A DNA stretch of 61,526 bases, filler included, from Coriobacteriales bacterium (lineage in GTDB: Bacteria > Actinomycetota > Coriobacteriia > Coriobacteriales > UBA8131), in NCBI GenBank assembly GCA_031263105.1. It is 4 parts of 4 records of this genome, joined end to end, with 100 filler letters (N's around TTAATTAATTAA, not from the genome) between each part and the next. Parts side by side here need not be neighbours in the genome. Positions count along the whole stretch, not along the records: positions 1 to 17,161 come from JAISGJ010000090.1; 3 more parts are not named here. One strand, 5' to 3'. The translations under genes were made by a program, and so were the position numbers. The notes beneath the pieces are model-generated. The model was not told the DNA's origin and made no database searches. It saw only the letters and a list, made by a program, of their open reading frames with translations. Positions 1 through 9,095 of this stretch are shown one piece after another; positions within the stretch are counted from its first letter, which is position 1; the number at the start of each line of letters is the position of its first letter.

Positions 1-204
1 CGGGCCAGTTGGCTGCTTCGCGTTCCGTGGGCCTGTCGGTTCCATGGGCTCACCCGCTGCTTCGCAGCTTCGCCCCGCGACAGTCCACTGGACTGTCGCG
101 CCATCCTCGCTGAAAACGCTGTGCGTTTTCCGGGCGCTCGGACCCAAAGATCCCTCGACTTCGCTACGCTACGCTCGGAATGACAGTAGGGTGTGAACAG
201 TAAC
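1..204. mobile_element. MITE-like palindromic element, right part (truncated by window start)
   Basis: Ends GCTCGGAATGACAGTAGGGTGTGAACAGTAAC, the shared terminal repeat; interior is the reverse complement of the 60-bp unit seen at 45231-45407. Confidence 0.8.
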
Positions 205-334
205 AGGAATCTTTGCCCTCCCTCTCCTCTCAACTGCCGCGATTTGCATCAAAGGCCCGTCTTGGGCTATACTTTCCGTTTGCGTCTTTTGACGGCTTGA
301 GGATGCGACGAACCCTGTTTGGCAGAGTAGAGGA

Positions 335-688
335 ATGACGATCATGGATATTGTCCGTGCGCTTGAGAAGCAGCAGATGAAAGAGGGCCTTCCCGAATTC
401 GGGGTCGGCGACCATGTCAAGGTGCACTACCGCATCATCGAGGGGAACAAGGAGCGCATCCAGGTGTTCCAAGGCGACATCATCCGTCGTCACGGTGCCA
501 GCAACCGCGAGACCTTCACGGTGCGCAAGATCTCCTCGGGCATCGGCGTGGAGCGCACCTTTCCCGTGCATTCTCCCAAGATAGACCGCATCGAGGTCAT
601 GCGCCATGGGGCGGTGCGTCGCGCCAAGCTCTATTATCTGCGCAAGAAGGTCGGCAAGGCGGCCCGCATCAGGGAAAAGGGCTTCTAG
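335..688 (+). CDS. rplS: 50S ribosomal protein L19
   Basis: [51 protein letters not shown] motifs. Confidence 0.98.
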   Translation: MTIMDIVRALEKQQMKEGLPEFGVGDHVKVHYRIIEGNKERIQVFQGDIIRRHGASNRETFTVRKISSGIGVERTFPVHSPKIDRIEVMRHGAVRRAKLYYLRKKVGKAARIREKGF

Positions 689-715
689 GTCTTTCCCGGG
701 GAAGTTCCCAGAGGC

Positions 716-1363
716 GTGTCCGGGCAGCGGCGCACAACAGAAGACGAGGAGATGCGCACGTGCGCACTCTACGAGCGGCAGCGTCAGGCAGGCGCTGCCG
801 CTTGTGTTGTCGGGGTCGATGAGGTCGGGCGCGGCTCGGTCGCCGGGCCTCTGACCGTGGCGGCGGTCGCGCTGCCGCTTGAGCCGCCGATCTTCGGGCT
901 CGACGACTCGAAGCGCCTGACGCCCGCCCGACGCGAGGAGCTTGCGCAGGAGATACACCGTCTCGCCCGTGCCGTCGGTATCTCCCATATCGAGCCAGAC
1001 ATCATCGACCGCATCGGCATGGCCGCATCCTTGCGTGCGGCCATGGTCCAGGCCATCGAGTCCTGCGGTCTCGAGCCCGACCTGGTGCTCATCGACGGCA
1101 GGCCGGTGCATGTCCATGCCAAGGAGTGCTGCATTGTGAAGGGGGACGCGAGCGTCGCCTGCATCGCTGCCGCCTCCATCGTGGCGAAGGTGACCCGTGA
1201 CGCGCTGATGGTCGCTGCCGATGCGGCGTATCCCGGCTACGGCTTCGCCTCCCACAAGGGCTATGCCTCCGCCGGGCATGTCGAGGCCATCCAAGGGATG
1301 GGCCTGACCCCCCTCCATCGTAAGACCTTCTGCCGGAACTTCCTCCAGCAGCAGCTTTTCTGA
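716..1363 (+). CDS. rnhB: Ribonuclease HII
   Basis: GVDEVGRG, DDSKRL, LIDG, KGDA..IAAASIVAKVTRD, HKGY motifs; follows rplS. Confidence 0.96.
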   Translation: MSGQRRTTEDEEMRTCALYERQRQAGAAACVVGVDEVGRGSVAGPLTVAAVALPLEPPIFGLDDSKRLTPARREELAQEIHRLARAVGISHIEPDIIDRIGMAASLRAAMVQAIESCGLEPDLVLIDGRPVHVHAKECCIVKGDASVACIAAASIVAKVTRDALMVAADAAYPGYGFASHKGYASAGHVEAIQGMGLTPLHRKTFCRNFLQQQLF

Positions 1364-1670
1364 GGTGTCAGGGCGGCTCCGGCTCCAACGGCGCCCTCGG
1401 CCCCTGCCCCGACGGCAGCCCCTCCGGCTCCTGCGGCGCCCTCAGCCCGTCCTTTTATCCCTTGAAACCGACCGCCCGCAGAAAGGCGGCTCCTGTTTTC
1501 CGTACATTCCCTCTGCCGGGCTCTTGCCCGAATATCGCTGTTGAGCAGCGCGGTTCAGTTCCCGGTCATCGTGCGTTCAGTCGGGAGGCAGCCCTCGGTA
1601 ACGAACGGTTCAGCCGAGGGCACAGGTCGGTGGCGCATCCTCTTCCTATAGTCGATAAGAAGGAGCGCAT

Positions 1671-2042
1671 ATGACCATGCAACGCAAGCAGCTCGGAACG
1701 ACCGGCGAGGACCTCGTCTGCACCTATCTCGAAAGCACGGGCGTGGAGATACTCGAGCGCAACTGGAAGTGCCGGTCGGGGGAGGCCGACGTCATCGCCC
1801 GCGAGCAGGAGGACCTCGTCTTCATAGAGGTCAAGACCCGTACCTCGGAGAGCGCAGGGTTCCCGGAGGATGCCGTCACCCGTCAGAAGCGGCGGCGCTA
1901 CGAGAAGATAGCCGTGGAGTACCTCTTCACGCACGACCTCCCCTCCGCACGGGTGCGCTTCGACGTGATGGCGCTCCTGTTCTCAGGCAACGGCAAGGCG
2001 TTCCTGCGCCATCACCGCGACGCCTTCGGCGTGGGCGACTGA
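1671..2042 (+). CDS. yraN: YraN/UPF0102 family endonuclease-like protein
   Basis: LG..GE, ILERNWKC..GEADVIA, VFIEVKTR, RFDV; AAGGAG RBS; synteny with comM. Confidence 0.92.
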   Translation: MTMQRKQLGTTGEDLVCTYLESTGVEILERNWKCRSGEADVIAREQEDLVFIEVKTRTSESAGFPEDAVTRQKRRRYEKIAVEYLFTHDLPSARVRFDVMALLFSGNGKAFLRHHRDAFGVGD

Positions 2043-2044
2043 GC

Positions 2045-3607
2045 ATGGCCCGACGCGAGCACCAGGTCGGCTTCGTGACGACCGCGACCATCCAAGGGGT
2101 CGAGGCCGTGCTGGTCACTGTCGAGGTGAGCGTCGGCTCCGGCCTGCCGGGGATCCACATCGTCGGGATGCCGGACACCGCCATCCAGGAGGCACGGCAA
2201 CGGGTGCGCCAGGCGCTGAAGGCCGCGCACTTCGAGATGCGCAACCGCTTCGTGGTGGTGAACCTTGCGCCCTCGTCCGTGAAGAAGGTCGGCTCGGGCT
2301 TCGACCTCCCTATCGCCTTGGGTTTCCTCATCGCAACCGAGCAGATAGAGCCGGAGCTGGTCAAGGGGAGGCTTTGCGTAGGAGAGCTCTCGCTCGATGG
2401 GAGCGTGAGGGCCGTCTCCGGCCAGCTTGCCTTCGAGCAGGTCGCCCAGGCGCAGGGCTGGGGGCTCATGACGGGGCCGACCGTCGCCGGGGTCTTCACG
2501 CGACGGGGGCAGGAGCATGTCTGCCTCGGGCATCTTTCCGATCTGCGGGACGAATGCTTTGCCGAGCCTGTGGCAGCAGTGCCGCAGGGCGGGACGTCCT
2601 GTGCCGATTACTCCGACATCGCAGGCAACGACCTGGCGAAACGTGCCCTGCAGATAGCGGCAGCGGGCTCCCATGCCCTGCTGATGGTAGGGCCTCCCGG
2701 ATCGGGCAAGAGCATGCTTGCAAGCAGGCTGCCCTCCATACTGCCTCCCCTCTCGGAGGACGAGCGCGTCGAGAGCGCGCTCATCCATTCCGTCGCGGGC
2801 CTGCCGTTCGAGCGCATACTCCAAGGGGACCGCCCTTTCAGGGCGCCCCACCACGGTGCCTCGCGCGCGGGCCTTATAGGGGGAGGGAACCCTACGAGGG
2901 CAGGGGAGGTCTCGCTTGCGCACAACGGAGTGCTCTTCCTCGACGAGCTTCCCGAGTTCGGCTCCTCGGTGCTCCAGTTGCTCCGTCAGCCGATGGAGCA
3001 GGACATGGTGGCCCTGGCGCGCGCCAGCGGCACGGTGACCTTCCCCGCGCGGTTCATGCTCGTTGCGGCTTCCAACCCCTGTCCCTGCGGCTTTTATGGC
3101 GACCCTCGGCGCAGCTGCACCTGCACGGCCCCGCAGATCGGCCGCTATCAGGGGAGGGTCGGCGGCCCGCTCATGGACCGTATCGGGATAATCGTCGACG
3201 TCTGGCGCTCCGACGCGGCGAACGTCCTCAACACCGGCAAAGGCACAAGCTCCGCCCGCCTCAAAGAAGGCGTCATGAACGCGCGGGCCTTCGCGGCTTG
3301 GCGCAAGGGGCACGACGGAAGCCAAAGCCTGCCCGCCCCGATGCCTGCCCGTACGTCCGAAGGGGCTGCCTCCCGCCCCGTCGCCCCGCCTGCGGCCCTG
3401 CTTGCCTCGTGCCGGCTCGGCACGAAGGAGCGCGCGTCGTTGGAGATGATGGCGGAGCGCTACCAGCTGAGCGGACGGGGCATCATCTGCGCCCTTTCCG
3501 TCGCACGCACCATCGCCGACATGGAGGAGTGCGAGAAGGTCACAAGCGAGCATCTGCTCGAGGCCGTCAGCTTCCGCAAGAACGACCGCGAGGCGGCGGT
3601 GGCCTGA
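2045..3607 (+). CDS. comM: YifB/ComM Mg-chelatase-like AAA+ ATPase
   Basis: VNLAP, GSGFDLPIA, GPPGSGKSMLA, FRAPHH, GEVSLAHNGVLFLDELPEF, NPCPCG; ATG at 2045 inside the longer ORF. Confidence 0.95.
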   Translation: MARREHQVGFVTTATIQGVEAVLVTVEVSVGSGLPGIHIVGMPDTAIQEARQRVRQALKAAHFEMRNRFVVVNLAPSSVKKVGSGFDLPIALGFLIATEQIEPELVKGRLCVGELSLDGSVRAVSGQLAFEQVAQAQGWGLMTGPTVAGVFTRRGQEHVCLGHLSDLRDECFAEPVAAVPQGGTSCADYSDIAGNDLAKRALQIAAAGSHALLMVGPPGSGKSMLASRLPSILPPLSEDERVESALIHSVAGLPFERILQGDRPFRAPHHGASRAGLIGGGNPTRAGEVSLAHNGVLFLDELPEFGSSVLQLLRQPMEQDMVALARASGTVTFPARFMLVAASNPCPCGFYGDPRRSCTCTAPQIGRYQGRVGGPLMDRIGIIVDVWRSDAANVLNTGKGTSSARLKEGVMNARAFAAWRKGHDGSQSLPAPMPARTSEGAASRPVAPPAALLASCRLGTKERASLEMMAERYQLSGRGIICALSVARTIADMEECEKVTSEHLLEAVSFRKNDREAAVA

Positions 3608-4542
3608 TGGGGGCCCCTGTGCCACCGGCAGGCCGTTGCCGGGTGTTGGAGGAAGGGGACGCATGTTTCCCCGAAGGCCTCCGCAAGGTCGAGCGCCCGC
3701 CCGCCCGCCTGTTCGTCAAAGGGTCGTGCGACGCGCTGGCCGTGCCGGGCCTTGCCATCGTAGGGGCACGCAAGGCGACGCCTTACGGCCTGAGCTGTGC
3801 CCGGCGCTTTGCCCGGATAGCGGCGGCGCAGGGCATCGCCGTCGTGTCCGGCGGGGCGATCGGCTGCGACCAGGCCGCGCACAGGGGCGCACTGGACGTA
3901 GGCGGCGTCACCGTCGTGGTGCTCGGCTGCGGGGCGGACGTCGTCTACCCTGCGCGCGCGGACGGGCTGTTCGCCCAGGTCGTCGAGGAGGGCGGGAGCA
4001 TCGTCTCGGAGGCGCCTTGGGGCGCACCGCCCTCCCGCTGGGGCTTCCGCAGGCGCAACCGGCTCATCGCCGGCATCGCGCGGGCGACCCTCATCGTCGA
4101 GGCAGGCCTGCCCAGCGGCACCTTCTCGACCGCCGATGCCACGCTCGCCCAGGGCAAGGAGGTGTTCGCGGTGCCCGGCTCGATCTTCTCCCAGGAATCG
4201 AAGGGCGCCAACCGCCTGATCTTCCAAGGCGCCCTGCCCATCATCGACGACGAGAGCTTCGAGGACGTGCTGGCGCAGGTGTTCGGGCCCCTCTTGAGGG
4301 CCGTGGGCGTTGCGTCCGCAAGGCTGGGAGGCCCCGGGCCGGTCGCGGATGCCGGGAGGCACTCGGGGGCCTTTGCCGCCCTCGCCCAGCAACCGCTCCG
4401 TGCCGAAGAGCTCCTCGGTACCTGTGGCGACAGCATCACCGAGGTGATACGCTGTCTCTCGTCGCTTGAACTCGCAGGACGCGTGACGCGGCTTCGTGAC
4501 GGGCGCTATGCCTTGGCGGCCGGCGCGTCCCGCATCGGATAG
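3607..4542 (+). CDS. dprA: DNA-processing protein DprA
   Basis: AIVGARKAT.YG, VSGGAIGCD..AH, RRNRLIAG, VEAGLPSGT, FAVPGSI; C-terminal winged helix; start overlaps comM stop. Confidence 0.95.
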   Translation: MGAPVPPAGRCRVLEEGDACFPEGLRKVERPPARLFVKGSCDALAVPGLAIVGARKATPYGLSCARRFARIAAAQGIAVVSGGAIGCDQAAHRGALDVGGVTVVVLGCGADVVYPARADGLFAQVVEEGGSIVSEAPWGAPPSRWGFRRRNRLIAGIARATLIVEAGLPSGTFSTADATLAQGKEVFAVPGSIFSQESKGANRLIFQGALPIIDDESFEDVLAQVFGPLLRAVGVASARLGGPGPVADAGRHSGAFAALAQQPLRAEELLGTCGDSITEVIRCLSSLELAGRVTRLRDGRYALAAGASRIG

Positions 4543-4548
4543 AAAGGC

Positions 4549-5922
4549 ATGCCCGTGCAAGACACGGTGACCGTCATAGGAGGAGGACTCGCTGGCTCGG
4601 AGGCTGCCTGGCAGCTTGCCGAGCGGGGCGTGCGGGTGCGCCTCTTCGAGATGCGCCCCGCACAGCGAACGCCCGTGCATGCAAGCGGCGACCTCGCCGA
4701 GCTCGTCTGCTCGAACTCCCTGAAGAGCCTCGACGCGGACTCCGCGTCCGGTGCGCTCAAGTACGAGCTCTCGCAGCTTGGCTCCCAGGTGCTGCGTTGT
4801 GCGCTGGCCACGAGGGTCGCCGCCGGTGCCGCGCTCGCCGTCGAGCGCAAGGGCTTTGCGCGGCTTGTGACAGACAGCCTTGAGGCCCATGAGAACGTCG
4901 AGGTCGTCCGTGAGGAGTTCACCGGGCTCTCCGAGCTCTGTGCGGGCGGCGGCCACGCCATCGTCGCCACGGGGCCTTTGACCTCTTCCGGTCTTGAGCG
5001 CCCTCTGGTCAGGATGCTCGGTCACGAGAACCTCGCCTTCTTTGACGCCGCCGCGCCCATCGTCGAGGCGGCCTCCCTTGACCGGGACCGGCTCTTCCTG
5101 CAGTCGCGTTACGACAAGAGCGGGGGAGACTACCTCAACGCCCCGCTGACGCGCGAGGAGTACGAGGTGTTCGTGCGGGAGCTGGTACAGGCCGCACGGG
5201 TCATGCCGCAGCGCTTCGAGGCCGCCGAGCTGTTCCAGGCGTGCCAGCCGGTCGAGGAGGTCGCGCGGAGCGGGCACGACACGCTCCGCTACGGTGCGCT
5301 CAAGCCGGTCGGCCTCACGGACCCGCGGACCGGCCGTCGTCCTTGGGCGGTGGTGCAGCTGCGCCCGGAGAACCGGGAGGGGACCGCCTATAACTTGGTC
5401 GGCTTCCAGACGAACCTGACCTTCGGCGAGCAGGAGCGGGTGTTCAGGCTCATCCCCGGCCTTGAGCAAGCGGCCTTCTCCCGCTTCGGCGTCATGCACC
5501 GCAACACCTTCATCGACTCCCCGCGTCTGCTCGATGCGGGCTTTGCCCTGCGGGAGAGGCCCTCGTTGCGCTTTGCGGGACAGATAACCGGCACCGAAGG
5601 CTATGTCGAGGCGATGGCGAGCGGCCTGTTCGTGGCGCTCGTCACCTATGCCGACCTACGGGGGATACGGCGGCCCGTCCTGCCGGAGGAGACCGTGCTC
5701 GGCTCGCTGTTCGCCTATGCGACCGACCCTGCCGTCACCGGCTATCAGCCCATGCATGTCAACTACGGCATCATCAAGCCGTTGCCCGAGCCGCCCAGGC
5801 GCAAGAAGGAGCGCTATGCGGCCTACAGCCAACGTTCCCGCACCGCCATCGACGCGTTCAGGGAGCACAACGCAGCCCTCTCCTTCCTTCCCTCGTACCC
5901 GGTCCCCTTTCTGCTACCATGA
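4549..5922 (+). CDS. trmFO: tRNA (uracil-54) methyltransferase TrmFO (Gid)
   Basis: VIGGGLAGSEAAWQLA, AELVCSNS, FFDAAAPIV, YNLVGFQTNL, GVMHRNTF, FAGQITGTEGY. Confidence 0.97.
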   Translation: MPVQDTVTVIGGGLAGSEAAWQLAERGVRVRLFEMRPAQRTPVHASGDLAELVCSNSLKSLDADSASGALKYELSQLGSQVLRCALATRVAAGAALAVERKGFARLVTDSLEAHENVEVVREEFTGLSELCAGGGHAIVATGPLTSSGLERPLVRMLGHENLAFFDAAAPIVEAASLDRDRLFLQSRYDKSGGDYLNAPLTREEYEVFVRELVQAARVMPQRFEAAELFQACQPVEEVARSGHDTLRYGALKPVGLTDPRTGRRPWAVVQLRPENREGTAYNLVGFQTNLTFGEQERVFRLIPGLEQAAFSRFGVMHRNTFIDSPRLLDAGFALRERPSLRFAGQITGTEGYVEAMASGLFVALVTYADLRGIRRPVLPEETVLGSLFAYATDPAVTGYQPMHVNYGIIKPLPEPPRRKKERYAAYSQRSRTAIDAFREHNAALSFLPSYPVPFLLP

Positions 5923-6974
5923 GGGCAGGGCATGCGTGGGGCGAGCGGCATGCTGACAAGGACAGGATGAACATGCAGGACATGCAGGACGCGGCGGGCG
6001 GGGGTGCGGCGCTCAGAGGCGCGGCGGGCACCCGCACGGCGGCGGCCCTGCCGCCTGCGGCGGCAGAGGCGCTGCCCAGCGCGCGGCTCATCGACGGCTT
6101 TCTCGCGGCCCTCCGGGTCGAGCGGAACCTCTCGCCCCATACCGTTCGGGCCTATGCCACCGACCTCAACGACTTTGCGGCATGGATGGAGCGGGAGCAG
6201 CTCGCCTTGGAGGCGTTCGAGCACAAGGCCGCACGGCGCTACCTTGCCGAGATGGACCGTGCCCGTTACAGCCGCGCCACCATCAACCGACGCCTCTCGG
6301 CCCTCAGGACCTTCTTTGCCTGGTTGGTCGAGGTCGCCTATCTTGCGGACGACCCGTTGAGCGTCGTCTCGGGCCCCAAGCCTGCCCGGCGCCTTCCCGT
6401 GACGCTCACGGCCCAGGACGTGGGACGCCTCCTGAGCGTCAGCGACGTGACGACCCCTCTGGGCCTTCGCAACCAGGCGCTCATCGAGCTGCTGTATGCG
6501 AGCGGTGCACGCATCTCGGAGGTGGCGGGCCTTTCGATGGGTTCGGTCGACTTCACCCAGATGCAGGTCACGGTGTTCGGCAAGGGCTCCAAGCAGCGCA
6601 TCGTCCCCTTGCACAAGCTCGCGCTGCGCACCCTGCACGAGTACCTCGTCTTCGCCCGCCCCCAGCTCCTTTGCGATGTCGGCCGCCTGACGGACGCGCT
6701 CTTCCTTACCGCACGGGGCAATCCCGTAAGCGCCGATGCCATCCGCAAGATGTTCAAGCAGGCCCTGCGCGAGGCGGGGCTCGACAGCTCGCTCTCCCCG
6801 CACGACCTGCGCCACTCTTTCGCGACCGACCTGCTCGACAACGGTGCAGACCTGCGTTCCGTGCAGGAGATGCTCGGCCATGCGAGCCTGTCCACCACGC
6901 AGGTCTACACGCATGTGTCCGTCGAGCGCCTCAAGGACGCCCACGCCAGGGCCCACCCCCGTTCGTCCTCGTAA
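5919..6974 (+). CDS. xerC: Tyrosine recombinase XerC (true start may be further downstream)
   Basis: ERNLSPHTVRAY, ELLYASGARISE, GKGSKQRIVP, SPHDLRHSFAT, VQEMLGHASLSTTQVYTH; trmFO-xerC synteny. Confidence 0.92.
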   Translation: MRAGHAWGERHADKDRMNMQDMQDAAGGGAALRGAAGTRTAAALPPAAAEALPSARLIDGFLAALRVERNLSPHTVRAYATDLNDFAAWMEREQLALEAFEHKAARRYLAEMDRARYSRATINRRLSALRTFFAWLVEVAYLADDPLSVVSGPKPARRLPVTLTAQDVGRLLSVSDVTTPLGLRNQALIELLYASGARISEVAGLSMGSVDFTQMQVTVFGKGSKQRIVPLHKLALRTLHEYLVFARPQLLCDVGRLTDALFLTARGNPVSADAIRKMFKQALREAGLDSSLSPHDLRHSFATDLLDNGADLRSVQEMLGHASLSTTQVYTHVSVERLKDAHARAHPRSSS

Positions 6975-7058
6975 GCACCCCCCCCCCCCCCCTCTGCGCC
7001 TCCCTCCCTCGCCCTGCTTTCTGTCTTGCGAGCGCCCTCTTCGTCTTGTCGCCCCGCC

Positions 7059-7221
7059 GTTACTGTTCACACCCCACTGTCATCCCGAGCCTGTCGAGGG
7101 ACCCTCGCCCGCCCCCGCGGTCGACCGCCGGTCGACGGGCCCTGCGACCTGCCGTTGGACACTGCGTGTCCAAAGATTCCTCGGCGGAGCTCGGAATGAC
7201 AGTGGGGGCGTGAACAGTAAC
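7059..7221. mobile_element. MITE-like palindromic element
   Basis: GTTACTGTTCACACCCCACTGTCATCCCGAGC ... GCTCGGAATGACAGTGGGGGCGTGAACAGTAAC terminal inverted repeats. Confidence 0.85.
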
Positions 7222-7360
7222 CTGCGGGGCAGTGGGGGGCAGGGGGTGTCCTGCGTCAGGGGGCGGCGCTTGCGACGGGACAGTGGGGGCGTGAACAGTA
7301 ACCTGCGGGGCAGTGGGGGGCAGGGGGTGTCCTGCGTCAGGGGGCGGCGCTTGCGACGGG
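7200..7360. repeat. 81-bp tandem duplication spanning the MITE right end and the 3' end of the carboxypeptidase gene
   Basis: AGTGGGGGCGTGAACAGTAACCTG...CTTGCGACGGG starts at 7201 and again at 7282. Confidence 0.85.
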
Positions 7361-8665
7361 CAGGTCGAAGACGGTGGGGAGGGCGGTCGTGGAGGTCGCG
7401 TGGGGAGGGTCGCCGAAGAGGCCGCCCACGAGGCGCTGCCACCAGATGCCGATGCCCTCCCAGAAGCCGGGGGCGGGGACGTCCTGCAGGGCGAGGAGGT
7501 CCACCTGGGCAAGGACCTCCCCGTTCTGGGACCATGTGAGGGAGCCGACCGCCTGGCCCTGCTCGACGCGGCCCTCCTCCTCGGTGAGGACGACCTCCTG
7601 TTGTATCTCCCCCGCGTAGTCGAAGAGGCGGACGGAGACGGGCGAGGCGGCAGCGACGGGCACGGTCTTGTCCACCCAGCTCAACAGCGCAAGGTCGGCG
7701 ACGGGCACGGTGGCGTTTATGAGCTCGACCGTCCGATAGTGGACAAAGCCCCACTCCAGGAGCGCCTGGGCGTCCGTCGCGCGCTGCTCCTCGCTGCTCG
7801 AGTGCAAGACGACCGCGTACAGTTCGAGGCCCCCTTGCTGCGCGCTCGCAACGAGGCAGTAGCCCGCCTCGTCGGTGAAGCCGGTCTTGACGCCGTTCGC
7901 CCCTTCCATCTGCTCGAGCAGCAGGTTCGTGGAGGTGTAGGTCTCCAGCTGCCCGCTGACCGTGGCCGACACCTCGGTCGCGCCCACGACCTCGCGGAAC
8001 AGCTCGTTGCCCATCGCCACGCGCGTGAGCAGCAGGTAGTCGGCGGCCGTCGTGTAGTTGTTCTCGTCGTACAGGCCCGAGGCGTTGGAGAAGTGCGTGC
8101 CCGTCATGCCGAGCGCGGCGGCCCTCTCGTTCATCATATCGACGAAGGCGAACTCGGTCCCTGCGACGTTCTCCGCTATCGCGACCGCCGCGTCGTTGCC
8201 GGAGGGCACCATCATGCAGACGACGAGGTCCCTGAGCGAGGCCGTGTCCCCTTCCGTAAGGCCCGCGCCCGAGCCGTCGGTGTTCGCCGCCCCCCACGTG
8301 ACGAGCATCGGCGTGTCCGGCCCTGCGTTCTCCAGCGCCACGACCGCGGTCATGACCTTCGTGGTCGAGGCCATGGGCACGGGCGTCTGCGCGTCGCGCT
8401 CCCAGAGGATGGTCCCCTCCTTGGTGCAGAGGGCGGCGTGATCGGCGACAAGGTCGGGGGCGTCGGGCACCAGAGGGTGGCCGTCGCCGAGCGGCCTGTT
8501 GGCGACGCGGTCGCCCGTGCGCACGTCGGCCCGGGCCTCCTGGGGACCCGCGACGAGGCCGGCGGACGCGAGGAGGAGGGCGAGGGCGGCCGCAAGGAGC
8601 AGGCGGACAGGGCGGGCGAGGTACGTGCGTGCGGCGCTGGCGGGATACAGGCGGGTGCTACGCAT
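7337..8665 (-). CDS. D-alanyl-D-alanine carboxypeptidase (peptidase S11)
   Basis: Signal peptide ...EARA; MASTTK (SxxK), PSGNDAA (SxN), GVKTGFT (KTG); ATG at 8665 overlaps the ACT gene end. Confidence 0.93.
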   Translation of the reverse strand: MRSTRLYPASAARTYLARPVRLLLAAALALLLASAGLVAGPQEARADVRTGDRVANRPLGDGHPLVPDAPDLVADHAALCTKEGTILWERDAQTPVPMASTTKVMTAVVALENAGPDTPMLVTWGAANTDGSGAGLTEGDTASLRDLVVCMMVPSGNDAAVAIAENVAGTEFAFVDMMNERAAALGMTGTHFSNASGLYDENNYTTAADYLLLTRVAMGNELFREVVGATEVSATVSGQLETYTSTNLLLEQMEGANGVKTGFTDEAGYCLVASAQQGGLELYAVVLHSSSEEQRATDAQALLEWGFVHYRTVELINATVPVADLALLSWVDKTVPVAAASPVSVRLFDYAGEIQQEVVLTEEEGRVEQGQAVGSLTWSQNGEVLAQVDLLALQDVPAPGFWEGIGIWWQRLVGGLFGDPPHATSTTALPTVFDLPVASAAP

Positions 8666-9080
8666 ACAGTGCTTCGGGCCCTGCCACGCTGAAGCCTGCC
8701 GAGGCGATGACCTTCTCGGCCTCCTCGTGGTCGTCGATGCGCAGGATGTCGATGGCCTTGCCCCCTGCGACAGCGAAGCAGTAGGCGTACTCGACGTTGA
8801 TGCCCGCCTCGTCGAAGGCCGCCAGCAGCCTCGCGAGGCCGCCTGCGTGGTCGGGCACCTCCACGGCGAACACCTTGGTGAGCGACGCGCGGAAGCCCCT
8901 CGCACCGAGCACCTCGCAGGCCTGTGCGGGCGTGTCGGCAATGATGCGGACGACGCCGTACTGTGCCGTGTCGGCGACGGTCAGGGCGTGCATGGATATG
9001 CCGGCATCGCCGAGCACGCGGCACAGCGCCGCCAGCCTGCCGGTGTCGTTCTCGAGGAAGACGGTAATCTGGTCGATCAT
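8658..9080 (-). CDS. Tandem ACT-domain amino-acid-binding protein
   Basis: QITVFLEN..GRL, ADTAQYGVVRII, VPDHAGGL, INVEYAY; downstream of paaK. Confidence 0.92.
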   Translation of the reverse strand: MIDQITVFLENDTGRLAALCRVLGDAGISMHALTVADTAQYGVVRIIADTPAQACEVLGARGFRASLTKVFAVEVPDHAGGLARLLAAFDEAGINVEYAYCFAVAGGKAIDILRIDDHEEAEKVIASAGFSVAGPEALYA

Positions 9081-9095
9081 GTCCGGCTCCTTTCC

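Noticed and set aside
1671..6974. yraN-comM-dprA-trmFO-xerC as a novel system or mobile element
   Set aside because: Widely conserved chromosomal arrangement; no dif or att site recognised nearby
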